Of a stretch of 64,000 bases of DNA, positions 38,690 through 48,850 are shown piece after piece (position 1 is the first letter of the stretch; each line of letters starts with the position of its first letter). A model generated the notes under the pieces. It saw only the letters and a program-made list of their open reading frames with translations, was not told the DNA's origin and did no database searches. The position numbers and the translations under genes are program-made. This DNA comes from an uncultured Verrucomicrobiota bacterium (lineage in GTDB: Bacteria; Verrucomicrobiota; Verrucomicrobiia; Limisphaerales; J093): the NCBI GenBank assembly GCA_964535555.1, contig CAZHUS010000011.1:16804-80803 (forward strand), in the 5' to 3' direction.

Positions 38690-39661
38690 ATGCGCATGGC
38701 ACGAATCAAGATCACCGGTCGAGGCGCCGTCTATCACTGCATCTCCCGCATCGTCGGCGCCCAACGGCTCCTGGGGCCCACGGAGAAGGAGCGCCTCCGC
38801 CAGATGCTCTGGCAACAGGCCGCCTTCAGCGGCATCCAGGTGATCACCTACTGCCTCATGTCCAATCACTTCCACCTGCTCCTGCGTGTGCCGGCCGATC
38901 TCCCTCTCTCCGACGCCCAACTCCTCGAACGCGCCCGCGCCTATTACGGGCCCAAGAGTCTCTACGTCCATACCCTCCAGCACGCCCTGTCTCCGGAAGG
39001 GTCCCTCCCGCAGGACCTCCGCACGGCCCTGCGCGAGCGCATGGCCGACGTCTCGGTGTTCATGAAGGAGCTCAAACAGCGCTTCAGCAAGTGGTTCAAC
39101 CGCACCCGCAACCGCTTTGGCACTCTCTGGGCCGAGCGCTTCAAGAGCCTCCTGGTCGAGGATCAACCCGGCGCCCTGCAGGCCGTGGCCGCCTACATTG
39201 ACCTTAACCCCGTCCGCGCCGGCCTGGTCCAGGATCCCAAGGACTACCGCTGGTGCGGCTATGCCGAGGCCGTCGCGGGGCGACCCGAAGCGCGCCGGGG
39301 CCTGGCCAGCTTCCAGAAAGGCGCGGAATGGGCGCACGTCAGTCGCGCCTACCGGGAGGTGCTCCTGGTCAGCAGCGGCGCGTCGGGAAGCGCAGGCAAG
39401 GTGGCGATCGACCCCCAGGTTCTCCGTCGTGAGTTGAAACGCCAGGCAACCCTGGGCCTGGGCCAGATCCTGAGATTGCGGGTCCGATACTTCACCGACG
39501 GGGTGGTGCTGGGCTCACAGACCTACGTGGAAAGCATCTTCGCCGAGTACCGGGACCGCTTCGGACCCCGACGACGCACCGGCGCCCGCCCCTTGCGCGG
39601 GCTCTCCGCGTTGAGCGATCTCGCCACCCTCCGCGACCTGCAGGTCGATACCGTCGGCTGA
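38690..39661 (+). CDS. IS200/IS605-family Y1 (HUH) transposase, REP-associated (RAYT)-like
   Basis: AVYHCISRIV..., the HUH motif CLMSNHFHLLLRVP, and the catalytic-Tyr region AAYIDLNPVRAGLV. It is a single-copy gene with no recognisable IS ends. Confidence 0.8.
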   Translation: MRMARIKITGRGAVYHCISRIVGAQRLLGPTEKERLRQMLWQQAAFSGIQVITYCLMSNHFHLLLRVPADLPLSDAQLLERARAYYGPKSLYVHTLQHALSPEGSLPQDLRTALRERMADVSVFMKELKQRFSKWFNRTRNRFGTLWAERFKSLLVEDQPGALQAVAAYIDLNPVRAGLVQDPKDYRWCGYAEAVAGRPEARRGLASFQKGAEWAHVSRAYREVLLVSSGASGSAGKVAIDPQVLRRELKRQATLGLGQILRLRVRYFTDGVVLGSQTYVESIFAEYRDRFGPRRRTGARPLRGLSALSDLATLRDLQVDTVG

Positions 39662-39723
39662 GACGGTTCGCACCCTGCCCCAGCTGCCGCAGGGACGAGT
39701 TTGCGCCGCAGACTCACGACGCG

Positions 39724-40977
39724 TTAGTCGTGTCGCATCGCCTGCACAGGGTCGAGCCGGGATGCCCGCCATGCCGGTAGAAAACCCGCTCCCAAACCAA
39801 CCACCACGAGCACCGTGCCCGCCACCGCGAGCGCGCCGAGGGAAACGTGGAGATGGATGTCACTCTGCCCGGAAGTGTCTTCGAACAAGGGCCCCAGCAG
39901 CGGCAATTGCCCAATGCTGTGGGTCAAGACGGCCGCCAGGGCGAAGCCGAGGAACCCGCCCAACAGGGTCAGGGTCAGGCCTTCCATGAGGATCTGGGCC
40001 AGGATGTGGCGCCGGCGCGCCCCGATCGCCTTCAGGACCCCGATCTCGCGCGTCCGTTCCGTCACCGAAACCAGCATGATGTTCATCACCCCCACCGCCC
40101 CGATGCTCAAGGTAAGCGTGCCGATGATCGTGAGCAGGACTTGCAGACCGAGACTGAGATTCGTCACCAACCCCCGAAATTCGTTCCAGTCCAGGATCGT
40201 GACCGCCCGTTCATCGCGCGTCCCGAAATGATGGGCTCGCGCCAACGCCGCCCGGATGTCACCGATCAGACGTTCTCGAAACACGTTTTGGGCCGGCAGC
40301 ACGACGAGGTTGTCCAGGTACCGGGCGTCCACCTGCATCGCGAGCGTCGAAAACGGAATGAACACCGAGCGGTCGTCCGGCGTGGTGTAGTTGGTGATCT
40401 GGGTCTTCTTGCGAAGGACGCCGATCACGGTGAAGCGCACCCCGCCGATCTTGATCTCGCCGTCCACGGCGGGCATGCCGCTGAACAGGTCCTTCTTGAC
40501 GTCAGCGCCGATGACGGCGACGCGTCGACGATGCAGAACATCCTCGTCCGAAAGAAAGCGCCCGACTTCGACCTCGGCGGAGCGGATGCGCTCGAAGGCG
40601 GCGTAGACACCGGCCACGCTGAACTCCTTGCTGCGGTAGCCCTGGCTGAGCTGCAGGCGTCGCCGCAACTCCGGCGACACCGCGTCGATCGTCGGAACGC
40701 CCTCCGTGAGCGCGTCCACATCGCTCAACTCCAGCAGGATTCGGCGCCCGGCCCGCTCACCTCCGGCTTGTTCGCTGGTCTGCCCGGGGAAGATGACGAT
40801 GAGGTCCTTGCCGATCTGGTCGAAGGCTTTGACCAGGGCCGCGCCGAAACCGTTGCCGTACGCCAGGAGCAACATCAGCGAAGCCACACCCCAGGTGACG
40901 CTCAGCATCGTCAGGAGCGACCGCAGCCGATAATGCGCCAGCGTGTTCCAGACTTCGCCGAGGATGTGCCGGATCAT
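39724..40977 (-). CDS. ABC transporter permease, MacB/FtsX type
   Basis: The start MIRHILGEVWNTLAHYRLRSLLTMLSVTWGVASL overlaps the upstream stop as ATGA. FtsX domain: GVMNIMLVSVTERTREIGVLKAIGA. Confidence 0.85.
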   Translation of the reverse strand: MIRHILGEVWNTLAHYRLRSLLTMLSVTWGVASLMLLLAYGNGFGAALVKAFDQIGKDLIVIFPGQTSEQAGGERAGRRILLELSDVDALTEGVPTIDAVSPELRRRLQLSQGYRSKEFSVAGVYAAFERIRSAEVEVGRFLSDEDVLHRRRVAVIGADVKKDLFSGMPAVDGEIKIGGVRFTVIGVLRKKTQITNYTTPDDRSVFIPFSTLAMQVDARYLDNLVVLPAQNVFRERLIGDIRAALARAHHFGTRDERAVTILDWNEFRGLVTNLSLGLQVLLTIIGTLTLSIGAVGVMNIMLVSVTERTREIGVLKAIGARRRHILAQILMEGLTLTLLGGFLGFALAAVLTHSIGQLPLLGPLFEDTSGQSDIHLHVSLGALAVAGTVLVVVGLGAGFLPAWRASRLDPVQAMRHD

Positions 40978-42227
40978 TCGTATCTCAGCGCTTCCACCGG
41001 AGGCAGCCGGGACGCGCGCCGGGCCGGGTAGGCTGCCGACGCCAACCCGACGACCCCGAGCGTCCCGAACGCCAGCAACGCCGTCCCGTGCGTGATCGGC
41101 AGGCCGGCGAACATGGTCGGCAGCGGCATCCGCGCCACGGCGCCGCTCACCAGCCACGCGAACGCGACCCCGACCGCACCACTCACAAATGTCAGGAGCA
41201 GGGCTTCGAGAAAGAACTCGGCCTGGATGTAACCCGGCGTCGCTCCGACAGCCTTCTTGATGCCGATCTCCCGCGTGCGTTCCGCCACCGCGACGAGCAT
41301 GATGTTCATCACCCCCAGCCCGCCCAACCCGAGCGTGATGACCGCCACAAAGGCCAGAAAGATCTGCATCGACTGGTAGATGCCGCTCACCATCTGCGCG
41401 TCTTTGACCGTGTCCCATACCCAAAGCGCGCCGGGGTCTTTCGGGTCGAACCCGTGTCGCCGCCCAAGCAGAGCCCTGACCTGGAGCAGGGCCTGCTGGT
41501 GCTCGCCCGTGGAGCGGGGCATGACAATCAGGTTGTCGATCGCCCCGACCCCCACGTACGGCCGCGGGTCGGGAAAATGCCGCATCATCGTCGAGGAGGG
41601 AATCAGGACCTTGTCCCCATCAAACCCGTTGTACGAGTTGTTCTGGTCCTTCTTCGCGAGTTCCGCGATGACGGTGAAGGGCACGTTGCGGATCCGTACC
41701 TGCGCGCCCAGCGCCTGGCGATCGGCGAACAACTGCTTTCGGACCTGTTCTCCGATGATGCAGACGCAGCGGGCCTCGCCCTGGTCCTGGTCGTTCATCC
41801 GCCGGCCCCGGGCGAGGTGCATCGAGCGAATCTCCTGGTAGACCGGCGCCACGCCGTGCACGGAGAAGGTCCCCGAGTTGTGAGGGCTGGCAATCGGGAG
41901 CGAACGGTCCTGTTCGGGCGTGACTTCGGCAACGAGGGAACATTCGGTCCGGATGGCTTCCGCGTCGCCCAACGTGAGCCGAACGGGACGACCCGCGCGT
42001 TCGTCGCCGGCCTGCGCCGCCGTGCGCCCGCCCCAGATGATCGCGATGTCGGTCCCGAGTGCGGCCAGGGACTGCCGGTAACCGATCTTGAAACCGTCGC
42101 CGATGGCCATCATGAAGATGATCGAAGCGACACCCCAGGCCACGCCGAACATGGTCAGCGCGCTGCGCAACTTGTGGCCCCAGATGTTGGACCAGGTCTG
42201 GAGCACCAACTCGCGCCACCAGTTCAT
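40974..42227 (-). CDS. ABC transporter permease, MacB/FtsX type
   Basis: LRSALTMFGVAWGVASIIFMMAIG and GVMNIMLVAVAERTREIGIKKAVGA. It is a paralogue of the downstream permease. Confidence 0.85.
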   Translation of the reverse strand: MNWWRELVLQTWSNIWGHKLRSALTMFGVAWGVASIIFMMAIGDGFKIGYRQSLAALGTDIAIIWGGRTAAQAGDERAGRPVRLTLGDAEAIRTECSLVAEVTPEQDRSLPIASPHNSGTFSVHGVAPVYQEIRSMHLARGRRMNDQDQGEARCVCIIGEQVRKQLFADRQALGAQVRIRNVPFTVIAELAKKDQNNSYNGFDGDKVLIPSSTMMRHFPDPRPYVGVGAIDNLIVMPRSTGEHQQALLQVRALLGRRHGFDPKDPGALWVWDTVKDAQMVSGIYQSMQIFLAFVAVITLGLGGLGVMNIMLVAVAERTREIGIKKAVGATPGYIQAEFFLEALLLTFVSGAVGVAFAWLVSGAVARMPLPTMFAGLPITHGTALLAFGTLGVVGLASAAYPARRASRLPPVEALRYE

Positions 42228-43426
42228 GGCAGGACCAACCGGTCGCCCTCCGCCACCCCTTCCAACACCTCGGTACGCTGGCCGTTCGAGATGCCGGTAA
42301 CCACCGCCACCTGCCGGAAGCCCGTGCGCATGGCGGGGTCCAGCAAGTTCAGGGAGGGCTTCTTTTCACGGTCGTAATTGAGAGCCGCCTCGGGAACCAG
42401 CAGGACTCCCTGGCGGTCTTCGAGGATAATCTCGGCGTTGGCGCTCATGTTGACGCGCAGCCGGCCCTGGGGGTTCGCGATCGAAACGCGAACGTCGAAC
42501 GTCGTCACGTTATCCCGCTCCCGACCCATGGGGGCGATGCGCGTGACCAGCCCGCCGAAGACCTCGCCGGGGAACGACTCGACGGTCGTGCGGACCGGGA
42601 GGTCGGTGCGGATCCGGCCCACGTCGGACTCATCGACCTGGCCTTCCACATAGACGCTGCTCACGTCCCCGAGCGTGAGGATGAGCGTGGCGGCGCTCCC
42701 GAGGTTCAGGATGGAAGAGACGGCGTCACCGACCTCGACGTCGCGCGTGAGCACGAGTCCGCGGATCGGCGAACGGATTGTGGCGTGACGCTGGTTCTCC
42801 TCGGCCCGGTCGAGGCTGGCTTCAGCCGCCGCGGCGCGGGCGCGAGCCTGCGTGACCAGGGCGCCGGCGCTGCGGACGGCGGCTTCGAGGAGTTGCTGGC
42901 GATTCAGGCTGATCGCCTGCGCCTTCTCCGCCTCATCCAGCGCCTGGGGCGAAGCGATCCGGTCGGCCACCAGGGCCTTGATGCGTCCATGGTCACGCTG
43001 GACGAACTCCAGTTCCGGGTGCATGGCCTCGATCCGGGCGCGGGACTCGCTGGCCAGAGCCACTTCAAGGCTCGCCTGCTCGGCGTCCCGACCGGCTTTT
43101 GCTTCCCGGACCTGGGCATCGAGGTCCTCCTTGTCGAGTTCGGCGAGCACCTGGCCTTCGACGACCAGGTCTCCCACATCGACCAGGAGCGACTGGATGA
43201 TGCCGTTGGCCTTGGACTTGATCTCGACCTTCGACAGGGGCTCGATGCGCCCGACGGCCACCACGGACCGCGCGATATCCCCCCGTTCGACCTGCACGAT
43301 CTTCTCGGGCGGAATCGGCTTGGGCTTCCCCAGCCAGGCCACGAGACCGGCCGACAGCGCGGCCATGGCCAGGAGAATACAGCCGGCCAGAAGCACCCAC
43401 CGCCGGCGGCGTCCACGGTTGTTCAT
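42224..43426 (-). CDS. efflux periplasmic adaptor (HlyD/MacA-like membrane fusion protein)
   Basis: N-terminal anchor RRRRWVLLAGCILLAMAAL, a lipoyl/hairpin/beta-barrel pattern (VEIKSKANGIIQSLLVDVGDLVVEGQVLAELD), and an ATGA overlap with the permease. Confidence 0.85.
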   Translation of the reverse strand: MNNRGRRRRWVLLAGCILLAMAALSAGLVAWLGKPKPIPPEKIVQVERGDIARSVVAVGRIEPLSKVEIKSKANGIIQSLLVDVGDLVVEGQVLAELDKEDLDAQVREAKAGRDAEQASLEVALASESRARIEAMHPELEFVQRDHGRIKALVADRIASPQALDEAEKAQAISLNRQQLLEAAVRSAGALVTQARARAAAAEASLDRAEENQRHATIRSPIRGLVLTRDVEVGDAVSSILNLGSAATLILTLGDVSSVYVEGQVDESDVGRIRTDLPVRTTVESFPGEVFGGLVTRIAPMGRERDNVTTFDVRVSIANPQGRLRVNMSANAEIILEDRQGVLLVPEAALNYDREKKPSLNLLDPAMRTGFRQVAVVTGISNGQRTEVLEGVAEGDRLVLP

Positions 43427-43508
43427 AGGCGGTCCCGGTTCCCCCAGGAGACTGCGCGCATGCTTAGGTTACCCGGTGAGTGAGCCCGCGGTTTCAGAAT
43501 TCGAACCC

Positions 43509-44246
<738 letters not shown>

Positions 44247-44342
44247 GCCGGAAGAATGCCCGCCGCGAGTCAAAACTCAACGACGGCTCTCGACGGCTCA
44301 ATCGCGGCTTCCTTCCCCGCCGGCAGCGGCTACCCTCCGTCC

Positions 44343-45650
44343 ATGACCTTGTTGGAGCAGATGACGATTCTCGCGCAACAGGCCAGAGCGGCGTCACGCG
44401 AGTTGGCGAAACTCACGACAGCCCACAAGAACGCGTGTCTCCTGGCCATGGCCGAAGCCTTGGAGCGCGAAGGGCCGGCCCTCAAGGACGCCAACGCGCG
44501 TGATCTTGAATTCGCCCGTGAAGCCGGCCTTTCGGCCGCGATGCAGGATCGCCTCAAGTTGGACGACAGGCGAATCGCGGGCATGGCCAAGGGACTCCGC
44601 GAAGTCGCGGCGCTCCCGGATCCCGTCGGCCGTCTGCTCGACGACCGCACCCGTCCGAATGGCCTGCGGCTTCAGAAAGTCTCCACCCCGATCGGCGTCG
44701 TGGTCATCATCTACGAGTCGCGGCCGAACGTGACTGCCGACGCCGCGAGCCTCTGTTTCAAGAGCGGCAACGCGACCATTCTGCGCGGGGGCAAGGAGGC
44801 CCTGAACTCGAACCGCATCATCGCGGACACGATGGTCGCTGCGGGCCGCCAGGCTGTTGCCGGCTTTCCCCGGCACGCGATTCAACTCGTGCCCGTCACG
44901 GATCGCGAGGCCATTCCCGCGTTACTGTCGCTCACCGCGTATGTGGATCTCTGCATGCCCCGCGGAGGCGAGGGCCTGATCCGCGCGGTGGCCGAATGCT
45001 CGAAGGTCCCCGTGATCAAGCACTACAAAGGTGTCTGCCACGTGTTCGTGGATGCCGAGGCCGACCTGGACATGGCCGAGACCATCGTGCTCAACGCCAA
45101 GTGCCAGCGTCCGGCCGTGTGCAACGCGATGGAAACCCTCCTCGTGGACCGCGCGATCGCCGCGGGGTTCCTCCCTCGCATCGCCGCAAAGCTCTGGGAA
45201 AAGCACGTCCAACTGCGCGTCGATGACGCCACCCTCGCCCTCCTCAACTCCAAAACCGGTCCTTCGCGAGCCGAAGGCAGCGGCGCAAAACCACAACTCC
45301 TCACCGCCTCCGACCAGGATTTTTACACGGAGTACAACGACCTGATCCTGAACGTGCGGGTCGTGGACGACGTCGGACAGGCCATCACCCACATCAATCA
45401 CTACGGCTCCGCGCATTCGGACACGATCGTGACGCGGGATGAGCCGGCCGCGAAGCGCTTCCTGGCAGAGGTGGACAGCGCCGCCGTGTACTGGAACGCG
45501 AGCACCCGTTTCACGGACGGCGGCGAGTTCGGCATGGGGGCCGAGATCGGCATCAGCACCGACAAGATTGGAGCTCGCGGCCCGATGGGGCTCGACGAAC
45601 TCACCACCTACAAGTGGCTCGGGTTCGGGACCGGCCAGGTCAGGACCTGA
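44343..45650 (+). CDS. proA: gamma-glutamyl phosphate reductase
   Basis: MTLLEQMTILAQQARAASRELA...VIYESRPNVT...NAKCQRPAVCNAMETLLV...GSAHSDTIVT. The long upstream ORF extension was rejected. Confidence 0.92.
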   Translation: MTLLEQMTILAQQARAASRELAKLTTAHKNACLLAMAEALEREGPALKDANARDLEFAREAGLSAAMQDRLKLDDRRIAGMAKGLREVAALPDPVGRLLDDRTRPNGLRLQKVSTPIGVVVIIYESRPNVTADAASLCFKSGNATILRGGKEALNSNRIIADTMVAAGRQAVAGFPRHAIQLVPVTDREAIPALLSLTAYVDLCMPRGGEGLIRAVAECSKVPVIKHYKGVCHVFVDAEADLDMAETIVLNAKCQRPAVCNAMETLLVDRAIAAGFLPRIAAKLWEKHVQLRVDDATLALLNSKTGPSRAEGSGAKPQLLTASDQDFYTEYNDLILNVRVVDDVGQAITHINHYGSAHSDTIVTRDEPAAKRFLAEVDSAAVYWNASTRFTDGGEFGMGAEIGISTDKIGARGPMGLDELTTYKWLGFGTGQVRT

Positions 45651-45820
45651 GACGAACCCGCCGTGTTGAATCAAGTCCGTGAGGCCGATCCAGCCTCACC
45701 GGAACCGCCGCTTGGCGTGAGCCTGCGATCGACCTCGGGCAGGGTACACCGGAACCGAGGTGTCGCCCTCGGCGGGCCACGGAATGCCCACCCTTCCGGG
45801 CTGTGGTTCAGGGTGGAGCC

Positions 45821-46816
45821 TCACGCGCGCGGATGGGCCGCATCGTACACCCGCTTTAACCGTTCGGTGGTCAGGTGCGTGTAGACCTGGGTCGTCGCGA
45901 GATGCGCATGGCCCAGCAACTCCTGCACGCTGCGGAGGTCGGCGCCGGCATCCAGCAAGTGCGTCGCGAAACTGTGACGCAGCTTGTGCGGAGTGAGCGC
46001 AGGATCGAGTCCCGCCGCCGCGAGATAGATCTTCAGGCGCAGTTGAACCAGCCGTGCATTCACCGGCCGGGAACCGGCAAGCCCGGTGAGGAAAACCGCC
46101 TCTTCCGCAGCGGGAGCTTGATCCAATTTGCGCCAGTAGGCGCGAATCGCCTCCAGGGCCGGTGCGCCGATCGGCGCCAGGCGTTCTTTGCGTCCCTTTC
46201 CGAAGACGCGCACCACCTGATCGGCCCCATGGATGTCCCCGACCCGCATGCCGCAGAGCTCGCTGATGCGGAGTCCGCAGGAGTAGAGCGTTTCGAGAAT
46301 GGCGGCGTCACGCCAGGACGCGGCCTCGACCGCCGGGCTGACGGGTTCTCCGGCTCGCTGAAGGCGCTCGAGTTCCTGCAAGGGCGCCCGCAGCAGCGCG
46401 GTGATCTGTTCGCCGGTGAGGAATCGGGGCAGCCGCCGGGGGAGCCGGGGCAACGCCAGATTGCGGATCGGTGTGTGCAGGATCTCGCCGCGGCGCACGA
46501 GAAAGCGGAAGAAGGTGCGCAGCGCGCTGAACCGCAATTGGATCGCGGACCGGCTCAGGCCGGAGCCCCCGGGTCGACGGGCGTGCGTCCGGCCCAGAAA
46601 TCGCAAATAGGCCCGGAACTCGTCGCGCTGGAGGGTTCGCCACTCGGGCTTGCGACCGCGTTCAGCCTGGTGCCAGCCCGCGAACTCGCGGAGTGCCTGT
46701 TCGTAGTTCCGGTGGGTGTAGGCTGAGGCGCCGCGATCCGTCGCCAGGTGCGTCAGGAACGCCTCGACCAGCGGGTCGCGCGAGACCTCGGGCGCGGCGG
46801 AGACGTCGTTGTTCAC
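45821..46816 (-). CDS. tyrosine recombinase XerC/XerD-like
   Basis: N-terminal SAM-like core-binding domain, then catalytic blocks GLRISELCGMRVGD and HKLRHSFATHLLDAGADLRSVQELLGHAHLATTQVYTHL. Confidence 0.85.
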   Translation of the reverse strand: MNNDVSAAPEVSRDPLVEAFLTHLATDRGASAYTHRNYEQALREFAGWHQAERGRKPEWRTLQRDEFRAYLRFLGRTHARRPGGSGLSRSAIQLRFSALRTFFRFLVRRGEILHTPIRNLALPRLPRRLPRFLTGEQITALLRAPLQELERLQRAGEPVSPAVEAASWRDAAILETLYSCGLRISELCGMRVGDIHGADQVVRVFGKGRKERLAPIGAPALEAIRAYWRKLDQAPAAEEAVFLTGLAGSRPVNARLVQLRLKIYLAAAGLDPALTPHKLRHSFATHLLDAGADLRSVQELLGHAHLATTQVYTHLTTERLKRVYDAAHPRA

Positions 46817-46888
46817 CGCCCCAGCTTACCGGGACCCAAGCTCGCTTGCGAAGTTGCTTTGCATTCCGCGGAAGCGTCGCCCCTTCCC

Positions 46889-47004
46889 CTGAACCTGCTC
46901 CGAAAAGCGGGGATGAATCCCCGCACCCCAGGCGCTTCGCGACTTCGCACGCGCGTCGGTCCGGCGCGAAGCGTTTGGAGTGCGTCCGGTTCACCGGCGC
47001 TTTT
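46889..47004. repeat. about 115-bp palindromic REP/MITE-like element, family 1, copy B
   Basis: Near-identical to 59615-59729. It lies in the divergent xerC-like/URO-D-like intergenic region. Confidence 0.8.
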
Positions 47005-47104
47005 TCGTTTCACTTCACGGCACCGGCTCTCGCGAACGCCCTTGACGTCGGTCAATGGAATCTCGGCGATCCGTCCCGAAGCTGCCCCGCAAGCGCCACC
47101 CGCA

Positions 47105-48547
47105 ATGAACAAGACCGACCAGCTTTACCAGGAAAGGCTCAGCCGCTATGTGGCTGCCATGCGGAACGAAAAGCCCGACCGGGTACCCATCCGGCCCTTC
47201 GTGGCTGAATTTACGGCCACGTACACCGGCATGTCGTGTCAGGAAGTGGTCCATGATTATGCCCGGGCATTCGAAGCCGCGGTCCGCTGCGCCAAGGACT
47301 TCGACTGGGACGCCGTGGTGCCGAACATGGTTTACGTCTGGACCGGCCTCACCCAGGCGATGAACCTGCGGTATTACGGGATCCCGGGCATCGGCATTCC
47401 CGCGGACAAGGGCTTCAACTACATCGAACCCCCCGAGGACCAGGCCTGGATGCGCGAGGACGAGTACGACCATCTCATCGACGATCCGACCGGCTTTCTT
47501 TACGAGGTCTGGTTCCCGCGTGTGTGCGCCGACGCCGCCAAACCCGGGACACCGAACACCTATCGCAACAACCTTGCCTTCGTGAAGGGCGGCATGGCCA
47601 TGATGCAGTACTTCTACGCGTTCGGGCCGCAGATCGCCCGGTTGCGGAACGAGTGCGGCACCGTGTCGGCCATCGCGGGCATCTTCAAGGCGCCGTTCGA
47701 CATCCTGGCGGACAAGCTGCGGGGTTACGTGGGCCTGACCATGGACATGCACACACAGCCGCAGAAGGTGCTCAAGGCCTGCGAGGCGCTGATGCCGCAC
47801 CTGGTGCACGTGGGGCTCTCGACTGCCGACCCGTCGCGGCAGGTGCCGATCGGCTTTTGGATGCACCGCGGGTGTGTTCCCTTCGTGAATCCGCGCCAAT
47901 TCGACTCGCACTACTGGCCGACGCTCAAGCCCTGCATCGAGGAATTCTGGAAGCACGGCCATCAGACGCTGTTCTACGGAGAGGGCAAGTGGCACCACCA
48001 TTTCGACACGTTCCGCGAATTACCGGATCGCAGCATCGTCTACCACTGCGACCAGGACGACATCTTCGAGGTACACCGCAAATTGCACGACAAGTTCTGC
48101 CTCTCCGGCGGCATTCCCAACGTGCTGCTCAGCTTCGGCAGGCCGGAGGAAGTCCGGACGTTCTGCAAGCGGGTGCTGGCCGAAGTGGCGAAGGACGGCG
48201 GCTACATCATGGACGCTGGCGCCATCATGCAGGACGACACGCGGGTCGAGAACATGCGGGCGCTCACCGATACCACCCGGGAGTTCGGTGGCTACGCGAG
48301 CCCTGGCTACGCCGTCACCGCGCCGGACAAGACGCAAGGTCCGCAGCCGACGGCCGAGGATCTCAAGCGCCCTGGCATGGCGAGCCCCCTGGTGACGCGC
48401 AAACCGCCCGGCACGTGCGTGCCTTGGGAAGAGAAGGCCAAAGAACTACCCGCGATCACCGGGGATCCTGACTTGGTGAGGAACGTGTGGCAGCAGACCG
48501 ACGCGCTGGGGAACATGTTCATCTGGCAGTGCCTGCTGAGCTTCTGA
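47105..48547 (+). CDS. uroporphyrinogen-decarboxylase (URO-D) family protein, MtaA/CmuA-like
   Basis: Start MNKTDQLYQERL at 47105. RVPIRPFVAEFTATYTG and the later blocks resemble URO-D-fold methyltransferase/decarboxylase proteins. The function call is moderate. Confidence 0.6.
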   Translation: MNKTDQLYQERLSRYVAAMRNEKPDRVPIRPFVAEFTATYTGMSCQEVVHDYARAFEAAVRCAKDFDWDAVVPNMVYVWTGLTQAMNLRYYGIPGIGIPADKGFNYIEPPEDQAWMREDEYDHLIDDPTGFLYEVWFPRVCADAAKPGTPNTYRNNLAFVKGGMAMMQYFYAFGPQIARLRNECGTVSAIAGIFKAPFDILADKLRGYVGLTMDMHTQPQKVLKACEALMPHLVHVGLSTADPSRQVPIGFWMHRGCVPFVNPRQFDSHYWPTLKPCIEEFWKHGHQTLFYGEGKWHHHFDTFRELPDRSIVYHCDQDDIFEVHRKLHDKFCLSGGIPNVLLSFGRPEEVRTFCKRVLAEVAKDGGYIMDAGAIMQDDTRVENMRALTDTTREFGGYASPGYAVTAPDKTQGPQPTAEDLKRPGMASPLVTRKPPGTCVPWEEKAKELPAITGDPDLVRNVWQQTDALGNMFIWQCLLSF

Positions 48548-48850
48548 GCGGAGAGGACCGGGGTGGGGTCTCATCCAGCGCCGGTAGCCCCGGCTTTCCC
48601 TTCGCGGCCGCACCGACTGCCGCGGACCAACCCGCCGCCGGCGTGACGAAATCTTGAAACAGCTGTTTCAGTCTTCCGGCCATGGTGCGAGGGGCGTTCG
48701 CGTTCGGGGATGGGAAGGCCTTCGGCGTCTTCCGTGACGAGGTCACCCGCCATCCCCCGCCAGGTCATGGCCGAATTCCCAGAAGCCGCGCTCCGATCAG
48801 GTCGATTTCCATGATGGCGGACCGGCCAGGTTCGGCTAACGTGGGCCCGC

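Noticed and set aside
44247-44342. Possible yybP-ykoY (Mn2+) riboswitch upstream of the TerC-family gene. The minus-strand leader contains GGAGGGUAGCC, reminiscent of the conserved GGGGAGUAGC.
   Set aside because: Only 96 nt are available before the divergent proA start, and I can match just one short block by eye. A cmsearch with Rfam RF00080 on 44200-44420 (minus strand) would settle it. The call is not supportable as it stands.
45821-46816. The tyrosine recombinase as a phage or ICE integrase marking an island, possibly paired with tRNA-Gln at 30357-30430.
   Set aside because: The domain layout and motifs look like chromosomal XerC/XerD. The tRNA is 15 kb away, with essential genes in between. 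I found no direct repeat of the tRNA 3' end. The gene is therefore treated as housekeeping XerC/D-like, not as a mobile-element integrase.
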